A DNA stretch of 32,000 bases from Longivirga aurantiaca (lineage in GTDB: Bacteria; Actinomycetota; Actinomycetes; S36-B12; CAIYMF01): the NCBI RefSeq assembly GCF_042660085.1, contig NZ_JBHSTI010000008.1, forward strand, positions 2,085,604 through 2,117,603, read 5' to 3'. Below are positions 9,141-15,579 of this stretch, piece by piece. How positions within the stretch are numbered: the stretch's first letter is position 1; each line of letters starts with the position of its first letter. A program made the position numbers and the translations under genes. The notes under the pieces are model-generated. The model searched no databases. It worked only from the letters and a program-made list of their open reading frames with translations, and was not told where the DNA came from.

Positions 9141-10088
9141 CTACAGGTAGCCGGGCGAGGTGTAGGCGAAGCCGCCCGACGAGCCGTACTTCGTGGTCGG
9201 CTTGGTCGTCTTCACGTAGGGCCAGGCGGTGCGGCTGGGCCACAGGCCCGACGACTGCCGGGTCGAACCGGTCACGTGCACGAGGCTCGTGCGGATCGGC
9301 CAGTCGGCGCCGTCGCGCCAGAGCAGGTAGGCGGCGTCGCGCCCGTCGATCCAGACGCGGCGCAGGTCCCACGTGCCGAGGGTCACCGAGGCGTGCTGGG
9401 TCGGGGTGAGGAACAGGCCCTGGTACTGCGTCGAGGCGAAGAGGCCGTCGACCAGCAGGGAGCGCGGACCGCCCCAGGCCTGCACCACGTCGGCGTGGTT
9501 GGTGCTCTGCGACCCGGAGAGCAGCGAGCTCATCCAGACGTTGAACAGGCGCAGGTATCCGTCGGGCATCGAGACGTTGATGCCCTCGGTGAGCTTCTGG
9601 GTCGAGCTCGACATGAAGCGGACGCCCTCGACGTGCAGGATGCCGGTGGTGTCGCGGAAGTACGCCGCGCGCTTGACGACGTCGCCGCTGCTGTCGCGCC
9701 AGCCGTAGCCGACGTCGACGGTTCCGCCGATGACCACGACGTTGTGACCGCCGGTGATCCAGAGGCCGCGCGCGTTCTTCCAGGCGCGGGTCTTGGGCAG
9801 CACGATCCGGTAGTCGCGGGAGGTGCTCAGCTTGAGCTCGCCCATCTGGTCCTTCACCACGATGGTGATCGGGTTCGACAGGGTCGGGGGGCGGCGCGGC
9901 AGCTTGGGGCTGGTGATGGCGACCGGGGTCAGCGTGGTGGCAGTGGCGGTGGCGGTGGCAGTGGCCGTCGCGGTGGCTGCGGAGGCCGTCGGCGTGCCGG
10001 GCGTCCCGGGCCCGACGGCGACGGCGCCTGCGGCGAGCAGCGCGAGGGTCCCGGTGATCGCGCCGATGCGCGTGGTCGTCCTGGTCAT
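9141..10088 (-). CDS. Secreted hypothetical protein with (Ala-Thr)7 linker; possible beta-helix glycan-active fold (product unassigned)
   Basis: I chose the start at ATG 10088, which is preceded by GGAGGAGG. The track ORF extends to 10334 through an Arg/Pro-rich low-quality segment. The signal peptide is MTRTTTRIGAITGTLALLAAGAVAVGPG...TASA, followed by ATATATATATATAT. The body has repeated short G/V/N-rich strands (GLWITGGHNVVVIGGTVDVG..., GILHVEGVRF...) that suggest a parallel beta-helix. That fold assignment is inference only. Confidence 0.7.
   Translation of the reverse strand: MTRTTTRIGAITGTLALLAAGAVAVGPGTPGTPTASAATATATATATATATTLTPVAITSPKLPRRPPTLSNPITIVVKDQMGELKLSTSRDYRIVLPKTRAWKNARGLWITGGHNVVVIGGTVDVGYGWRDSSGDVVKRAAYFRDTTGILHVEGVRFMSSSTQKLTEGINVSMPDGYLRLFNVWMSSLLSGSQSTNHADVVQAWGGPRSLLVDGLFASTQYQGLFLTPTQHASVTLGTWDLRRVWIDGRDAAYLLWRDGADWPIRTSLVHVTGSTRQSSGLWPSRTAWPYVKTTKPTTKYGSSGGFAYTSPGYL
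9936..9977 (-). repeat. Hexanucleotide tandem repeat (7 units, ggtggc/agtggc/cgtcgc) encoding (Ala-Thr)7
   Basis: Direct reading gives ggtggc agtggc ggtggc ggtggc agtggc cgtcgc ggtggc. The repeat is in frame and sits immediately after the predicted signal-peptide cleavage region. Confidence 0.9.
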
Positions 10089-10352
10089 GCTCCTCCTCCA
10101 ACGGGGTGCTGCGCGTCGTGCGGGTCGCACCCTTCCTGGATCGGCACGACCGTCGTGCGGGCTGGTGTGCGGAGCCCGGGTCGTTACCGTTCCGTGATCG
10201 GGGGTGAGCCCATCACGGACCCCGGAAGCACGTCTACGACCCGTCCGGTGAGCGAGACGCAGGCCTCTGACCTGCGACGACCGGTCCGCCTCGGGCCCGG
10301 TGAACGGTCCGACGGTCACCGGGAGACCCCTCACCCGTTCGGCCCAGCCGTA

Positions 10353-10830
10353 TCAGCCGTCCCACCGACCCCAGCGGCCCCGGCAGCCCTCGGCTCCCGA
10401 CCGCCGTCGGAGGAGCGGGCGGATCAGGAGCACCCGCACGACGCCGAGCACGAGGATCGCGAGCGGCACGGCGACGAGCACGACACGCGTCGAGTCGGTC
10501 GCGGAGATGTCCGCCTCGGCCAGGAGCTCCTCGGCGCGGGTCGCGTCGCGGTCCGCCGCCACCTGCTCGGGAACGACGTACGACGGCAGGATGATCGCGG
10601 TCCACGGGCTCGGGCGCCTCGAGGTCTTCCCCCATGACCACGTCGACGACCTCGCCGAGGCCGTCGAGGATCCCGGAGTCCTCCTCGGAGGGTCCGGTTC
10701 TGCGCTGCCCGGGTTCTGCGCTGCCCGGGTTCTGCGCTGCACGGGTTCTGCGCTGCCCCGATCTGCGTCCCTCGGGCCTGCGCTGCCCGGGTTCTGCGTC
10801 CCTCGGGCCTGCGCTGCTCGTACCGCTCAT
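10353..10830 (-). pseudogene. Candidate small single-pass membrane protein, frame-disrupted (or shorter gene starting at GTG 10562)
   Basis: ATG 10830 is preceded by GGAG and opens a frame through the repeat array into an acidic segment (SEEDSGILDGLGEVVDVVMGEDLEAPEPVDRD) with protein-like composition. At about 10585-10600 the protein-like, GC3-rich frame switches. It then reads IILPSYVVPEQVAADRDATRAEELLAEADISATDSTRVVLVAVPLAILVLGVVRVLLIRPLLRRR (one TM helix) up to the stop at 10353. The original frame continues Arg/Gly/Pro-rich to 10234. Alternatively, only 10353-10562 (69 aa) is coding. Confidence 0.35.
10696..10820. repeat. Tandem repeat array: four 16-bp units (ggttctgcgctgcccg) followed by two ~31-bp units (the same unit with a 15-bp insert tccctcgggcctgcg)
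   Basis: Direct reading places units at 10696-10711, 10712-10727, 10728-10743 (1 mismatch) and 10744-10759, followed by 10760-10789 and 10790-10820. The unit length is not a multiple of 3. Confidence 0.9.
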
Positions 10831-10903
10831 CCCGCTCCGCGTCGCGTCGTTCGCCCGCGCGGCAGCGGGTCGCGCCCGGGGCCGGGGCGCGGTCGTTCTC
10901 GGG

Positions 10904-12286
10904 TCAGACGCGGGTACGGCGACGGGCAGCAGGTCTCGGCCCGTCGACCGCGACGGGCAGCACTCGCGGAGCGGCGAGCCCGACGAGGTCGAGCGCCCGC
11001 TGCATGGCCTCGAGCGCGCGCGCCGGGTCGCCGATCCGCTGGTAGACCTCGGCGAGCTGCCGCCACGCCTGTGCGGCGTACCGCGAGGCGTCGGACGACT
11101 CGAGCGAGGCCGCGGCGTCCTCGAGCATGCTGACTCCTGCCGCCTCCTCCCCCAGCGCCACCGACGCGGCTCCGAGGAGCACCAGCGAGTGCGCCCGCTC
11201 GAGCCGCTGGTCGACGTCGAGGCGCTCGAGCGAGGCGGCCGCGTGGCGGCGCGCCACCTCGGGCCGGCCGAGCAGCAGCTCGGCGCGGGCGAGCTCGGAC
11301 AGCACGGGGCCGAGGAGCATCGACCCGGCGTGCTGGCGGACCTCGGGCAGCAGCGACCGCAGCTCGGCGCGCGCCTCGGTGGCGCGCGGCGGGTCCTGCT
11401 GCAGCAGGATCCAGGCCCTCGTGTAGCGCAGGCGCGTGCGGACCATGAGATCGCTGCCGACGGCCGCCAGGGCCGAGGCCTCCTCCACCAGCCGCATGCC
11501 CTCGCCGCCGAAGCCGCGCTCGGTGGCGTTGATCGCGGCGTTCCAGAGCGCCTTGGCGCGGTCGTCCGGGGATGAGTCGGCACCGAGCCGCTCGATCAGG
11601 TCGTCGAGGATCACCTGCGCGCGCACGAGGTCCCCCCGCTCGGCGTACACCCCTGCAACCGTCGAGACCAGTGCCGCGAACCCCGGTGCGTGGTCGATCC
11701 GGAGGTCGGCACCGCGACGAAGCGCCGCCTCGCCGAGGTCGACCGCGCGGGCCATGTCGCCCTGCTCGCGGTAGAGGCGCAGCAGCGAGACGCTCACGCC
11801 GACCCAGGGCAGTCGGGCGGGTGCGGACTCGGCGGCGGTACGCATCGTCTCGAGCAGCCGCAGCGCCTCGAGCAGGTGGCCCTGCCGCTCGAGCGCGGCT
11901 GCCCGCACCTCGGCGGCATGGAAGAGCTCGGGTTCGGCGACGAGGGCAGCGGCGTCGGAGAGCCGCGGCTCCCACGGCGCGAGCAGCGCCAGCGCCTCCG
12001 CCGGGTTGCCGAGCCCGAGCGCGGCCTGCGCGAGCAGGAGGTCGTGCCGAGGCCCTGCAGCGGCGTCCGGCGCGAGCGCGGTCGGGGCGACGCCGAGGCG
12101 CCCGGCGAGCAGGGCGACGACCGCGGGCGTCGGGTCGCGGCGCCCGGACTCGAGGTGGCTGACGTAGCTGGGCGAGAGGTCGTCGCCGGCGAGGGCCGTC
12201 TGCGAGAGACCTGCGGCGAGCCGGGCACGGCGCAGCCGGGAGCCGAAGGTCTCGACTCCCGCGTCGCGATCGGCTCCTCGAGCCAC
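10904..12286 (-). CDS. XRE-family HTH transcriptional regulator with long C-terminal TPR/helical-repeat domain
   Basis: The N-terminus FGSRLRRARLAAGLSQTALAGDDLSPSYVSHLESGRRDPTPAVVALLAGRLGV is a classic XRE/Cro-type HTH. About 380 aa of Ala/Leu-rich two-helix repeats follow (…EALRLLE…, …GDMARAVDLGEAAL…, …GDLVRAQVILDDL…, …AQAWRQLAEVYQRIGDPARALEAMQRALDL). I chose the start at GTG 12286, which is preceded by GAGAGGGG. The track start at 12340 is also possible. Confidence 0.8.
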   Translation of the reverse strand: MARGADRDAGVETFGSRLRRARLAAGLSQTALAGDDLSPSYVSHLESGRRDPTPAVVALLAGRLGVAPTALAPDAAAGPRHDLLLAQAALGLGNPAEALALLAPWEPRLSDAAALVAEPELFHAAEVRAAALERQGHLLEALRLLETMRTAAESAPARLPWVGVSVSLLRLYREQGDMARAVDLGEAALRRGADLRIDHAPGFAALVSTVAGVYAERGDLVRAQVILDDLIERLGADSSPDDRAKALWNAAINATERGFGGEGMRLVEEASALAAVGSDLMVRTRLRYTRAWILLQQDPPRATEARAELRSLLPEVRQHAGSMLLGPVLSELARAELLLGRPEVARRHAAASLERLDVDQRLERAHSLVLLGAASVALGEEAAGVSMLEDAAASLESSDASRYAAQAWRQLAEVYQRIGDPARALEAMQRALDLVGLAAPRVLPVAVDGPRPAARRRTRV

Positions 12287-12335
12287 GTCGACCCCTCTCG
12301 CCCACTCGGTCGAGCGGCGGCGACATCCAACCACC

Positions 12336-12370
12336 GTCACGCGCGCCCACCCCCGTGGGGCGCGCGTGAC
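12336..12370. promoter_or_regulatory. GC-rich near-perfect palindrome in the divergent regulator/peptide intergenic region (candidate operator or 5'-UTR hairpin)
   Basis: The sequence gtcacgcgcgcccac cccc gtggggcgcgcgtgac has arms of about 15-16 bp with one bulged G. It is followed by the only AT-rich stretch in the region (12381-12430), which carries direct repeats ATGACTC (12399, 12425) and TGTCAyG (12410, 12421). Confidence 0.45.
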
Positions 12371-12468
12371 GGTGGCCCTATCGAACTATGACCAGTTTAT
12401 GACTCACTTGTCACGTTGTGTGTCATGACTCGCCCGGTCGGGCGAGTCCGTCCTTCGTGGAGGTCCTC

Positions 12469-12606
12469 ATGAACGTCACCCGCCGCACGCACGTCCTGCT
12501 CGCCGCCGCGCTCGCGGTCGCGGCCGCCCTCGGCCTCGTGACCGCCGGCCCGCCGGCCGCCCCCGAGCCGACCCTCGTGGCCGGCGGGTCGGGGCACTGC
12601 TGCTGA
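12469..12606 (+). CDS. 45-aa secreted small peptide, C-terminus GGSGHCC (candidate signalling pro-peptide or RiPP-like precursor)
   Basis: ATG 12469 lies 5 nt after GGAGG (12459-12463). Nearly all codons end in G/C. The sequence is MNVTRRTHVLLAAALAVAAALGLVTAGPPAAPEPTLVAGGSGHCC, with a basic RR n-region, an Ala/Leu hydrophobic core, a Pro-rich spacer and a Cys-Cys C-terminus. It is transcribed divergently from the HTH-TPR regulator. Confidence 0.55.
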   Translation: MNVTRRTHVLLAAALAVAAALGLVTAGPPAAPEPTLVAGGSGHCC

Positions 12607-12645
12607 GCGGCCCTCGCGGCACGGGCCTCGCGGCAGGCGGCGGGG

Positions 12646-13181
12646 TCACGGGATCGGGACGACCCGGCCCCGGCCCTGCTGCGTGCCGCCGTACAGCGCG
12701 GCGTCGGCCCGCGCGGTGCCGCCGCCCTGGCAGAGCATGCGCATGCGGACCGCCCTCGGCGAGCCGTCGTGCATCGCGGCGAGGTTCGACATCGCCCAGG
12801 CGAGGTCGCGGGGATCGATGAAGTCCGTGCCCGGCCGGTCGACGACCTCGGAGGCTCCCAGCCGAGGATGTCGAGCACCCCCGCGGACGTCCACAGGACC
12901 GTGCCGTCGGCGAACTGGGCGAAGGCCTCCTGCGCGGCCACGAGGTCGCGGGCGTCGGTGAAGCCGAAGCCGCTGCGCCCGATCACCTCGGCGGCGGTCC
13001 ATCCGAGGAAGCGCTCGCTGCCGTCCGAGATCCAGTCGACGACGCCGTCCGGGGTGATGCGGAAGACGACGTCCGTCGCGTTCTCGGCCAGGACGCGGTA
13101 CCGCTCCTCGCTGGCGAGAAGGCCGTCGGACCCGTCCGCGCAGGCCTCCGGCTGCCCGCCGCAGATCGGGCACACCTGCAC
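12646..13181 (-). pseudogene. Small PAS-domain protein, frameshifted near 12848-12860
   Basis: GTG 13181 is preceded by GGGAGG. Frame 1 reads VQVCPICGG...SEERYRVLAENATDVVFRITPDGVVDWISDGSERFLGWTAAEVIGRSGFGFTDARDL...DGTVLWTSAGVLDILGWEP and then degenerates. The continuation SEVVDRPGTDFIDPRDLAWAMSNLAAMHDGSPRAVRMRML...VVPIP* is in another frame (the tail of track ORF 12646-13623). Joining the two gives the canonical PAS motif LGW.p.EVvgRpg.dFidP.D. Confidence 0.6.
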
Positions 13182-13289
13182 GCCCGGCCTCCCGGAGGAG
13201 CTCCCACCTCGGAGTGGGGGCGGAGCCCATCACGCGCCGATTCTCGACCGGCCCGACCTCCGGATGCGTGCCGAGCCGGAGGCCGAAGC

Positions 13290-13535
13290 TCAGGCGGGGC
13301 TGCCGGGATCCGCGTCCGTCGCGGCGGCCTCGGCGGCACGCGGCAGCCCGTCCGTCAGGTCGATCACGGCCGGCTCGCGCAGGTCGACGACGTCGCGGTG
13401 GACCGGCACGGCCCGTCGGTAGATGTGGGCGTACTCGGCCGCGTGCGCATCGCACGCGGTGTCGACGCTGTTGTGGGAGTCGCGGTCCGAGAGCAGGTAC
13501 GTCGTGGCCTCGGCACCGCACCAGCTGCAGTGCAT
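13290..13535 (-). CDS. Hypothetical 81-aa protein with CxxC...C..H (possible zinc-ribbon-like) N-terminus
   Basis: ATG 13535 lies 5 nt after GGAGG. The sequence is MHCSWCGAEATTYLLSDRDSHNSVDTACDAHAAEYAHIYRRAVPVHRDVVDL... with good GC3. The track ORF extends upstream through low-quality sequence. Confidence 0.55.
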   Translation of the reverse strand: MHCSWCGAEATTYLLSDRDSHNSVDTACDAHAAEYAHIYRRAVPVHRDVVDLREPAVIDLTDGLPRAAEAAATDADPGSPA

Positions 13536-13712
13536 GTCGCCTCCAGTCCGACCGGGGACGCGGGCACCCGACGAGCGGCGGGCGTCCTGATACCAGTGCA
13601 GCACCTCGCGGCCCTGGACGCACGCACCACGCGGGATCGTGCCGCGACCGAGGCCGGGCGAGTGCGCCGGTTTCCTGGGAACGGCGCGCCGCGCCGGTCC
13701 ATGATCGTCGCC

Positions 13713-15167
13713 ATGTCGAGCGCAGCCCCTGCTCAGTCCACCGCCGGCAGCAGCCACCGGGTCGTCTCGGTCGCAGCGGTCGCCGCGCTGGGTGGCTTCC
13801 TGTTCGGCTTCGACTCGTCGGTGATCAACGCCGCGGTGCCGGGGATCGTCGCGCAGTACGGCACGTCTCCGACGCAGACCGGCTTCGTCGTCTCGATCGC
13901 CCTCATCGGCTGCGCCGTGGGCGCCTGGTACGCGGGCCGCGTGGCCAACCGGCTGGGCCGGCCCCGCACGATGCAGGTCGCAGCGGTCGTGTTCATCGTC
14001 TCGGCCATCGGTTCGGCGTTCCCCGGAGGCGTGACCGGCCTCATGCTCTGGCGCTTCGTCGGCGGCCTCGCGATCGGCGCGGCGTCGGTGATCGCACCGG
14101 CGTACATCGCCGAGATCGCGCCGCCCGCGCTGCGTGGCCGCCTCGGCTCGCTGCAGCAGCTCGCGATCGTCACCGGCATCTTCGTGGCCCTGCTGTCCGG
14201 ATGGGCGATCGCGACGGCCGCCGGTGGGGCGAGCCAGGACTGGCTCCTCGGGTTCGAGGCGTGGCGCTGGATGTTCCTCGTCGAGGTCGTCCCGGCCGTC
14301 GTCTACCTGCTCGCAGCACGCACCATCCCCGAGAGTCCGCGCTACCTGGTGGCCACCGGACGGTCGGACGAGGCGCGCGCGGTGATGGCGAGCATGGGGC
14401 AGGAGATCACCGACGACGACCTCGCGACGATGCAGCGCCAGCTCGAGGGTGAGTCGGCGCAGAAGCTGAGCGACCTGAAGGGGCCGAAGTTCGGCCTGCT
14501 GCCCGTGGTCTGGGTCGCGATCATCCTGTCGTCACTGCAGCAGCTCGTCGGGATCAACGTGATCTTCTACTACAGCAGCATGCTGTGGCAGGCCGTCGGC
14601 TTCGCCGAGGACGACTCGCTCAAGATCTCGGTGATCTCCGGCGGCATCAACATCGTCGCCACCCTCATCGCGATCGCGTGCATCGACCGGTTCGGACGCC
14701 GCCCGCTGCTGCTGCTCGGCTCGGCGGGCATGTCGGTGTCGCTGGTGCTGCTCGCCTACCTCTTCGGCACTGCGCCCGTCATCGAGGTGGCGGCGACGTC
14801 GACCTGCGCGGACCCCTGCATGCAGCCGACGCTCACCGGCGCGTCCGCCACCCTCGCGCTGATCGCTGCGAACGGCTTCGTCATCTTCTTCGGCTTCTCG
14901 TGGGGCCCGGTGGTGTGGGTGCTGCTGGGCGAGATGTTCCCCAACCGCATCCGCGCCGTGGCGCTGTCGGTGGCGGCCGCCGCCCAGTGGATGGCGAACT
15001 TCCTCGTCTCGACCACCTTCCCGCCGCTCGCGGCGACCGGGCTCGGGCTCGCGTACGGCATCTACGCCTTCTTCGCGGTCGTCTCGCTTCTGTTCGTCTG
15101 GCGGGTCGTGCACGAGACCAAGGGCCGGTCGCTGGAGTCGATGGACGCGGAGTACTCGTCCGCCTGA
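13713..15167 (+). CDS. MFS sugar porter family transporter
   Basis: The sugar-porter signatures are present: GGFLFGFDSSVIN, GRVANRLGRPRTM (GRxxxxxGRR-like), PESPRYL, and PETKG-like VHETKGRSLESMD at the C-terminus, with about 12 hydrophobic segments. The start is ATG 13713 (MSSAAPAQ) or ATG 13701. Confidence 0.9.
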   Translation: MSSAAPAQSTAGSSHRVVSVAAVAALGGFLFGFDSSVINAAVPGIVAQYGTSPTQTGFVVSIALIGCAVGAWYAGRVANRLGRPRTMQVAAVVFIVSAIGSAFPGGVTGLMLWRFVGGLAIGAASVIAPAYIAEIAPPALRGRLGSLQQLAIVTGIFVALLSGWAIATAAGGASQDWLLGFEAWRWMFLVEVVPAVVYLLAARTIPESPRYLVATGRSDEARAVMASMGQEITDDDLATMQRQLEGESAQKLSDLKGPKFGLLPVVWVAIILSSLQQLVGINVIFYYSSMLWQAVGFAEDDSLKISVISGGINIVATLIAIACIDRFGRRPLLLLGSAGMSVSLVLLAYLFGTAPVIEVAATSTCADPCMQPTLTGASATLALIAANGFVIFFGFSWGPVVWVLLGEMFPNRIRAVALSVAAAAQWMANFLVSTTFPPLAATGLGLAYGIYAFFAVVSLLFVWRVVHETKGRSLESMDAEYSSA

Positions 15168-15269
15168 CCGGTCAGACGTGCCGGAAGCGCTCAGTTCCTG
15201 GCCGGATGCGCATGCACCCGGCCCCTGCCCCCCTGCGACCGTGGCGGCGGGGAAAGGGAGGGGATCCAG

Positions 15270-15578
15270 ATGCCCATGCCCCGTGTCATCGCCGACGAGC
15301 CGTTCACCGTCGAGCTGCCGGCCTCGACCGGGGGCGCCATCTACGTGCGGGCCTCGTTCGGCGAGATCGAGCACATCACCGCCGTCCACCCCCTGGTGGA
15401 GAAGACCGGTCGCACGCTGCTGCTCGTCTCGAACCACGCCGGGTTCAGCGAGCAGGTGGAGTTCTTCCGCGACACGCTCGGCGACTCCGCCGGCATCGAC
15501 GGCGAGCTCGAGGCGGCGGTCACCGACGTGCTGTGCCGCGCCCTGCTCGACAGCACCGCTGCGATCGGCGAGGCCTGA
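15270..15578 (+). CDS. Hypothetical protein (102 aa)
   Basis: The ATG is preceded by GGGAGGGG. GC3 is high and the composition is protein-like (MPMPRVIADEPFTVELPASTGGAIYVRASFGEIEHITAVHPLVEK...). I recognise no family. Confidence 0.7.
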   Translation: MPMPRVIADEPFTVELPASTGGAIYVRASFGEIEHITAVHPLVEKTGRTLLLVSNHAGFSEQVEFFRDTLGDSAGIDGELEAAVTDVLCRALLDSTAAIGEA

Positions 15579-15579
15579 C

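Noticed and set aside
10696-10820. The tandem repeat array as a CRISPR array.
   Set aside because: The units are directly abutting with no spacers, the units are only 16/31 bp, and no cas genes are present in the window.
12469-12606. The Cys-Cys-terminated small ORF as a cysteine-responsive leader-peptide attenuator, like the polycysteine uORFs described in mycobacteria.
   Set aside because: There is no co-oriented downstream gene to attenuate, because the next gene (PAS, 12646-13181) converges on it. The peptide also has a full signal sequence, which fits export better.
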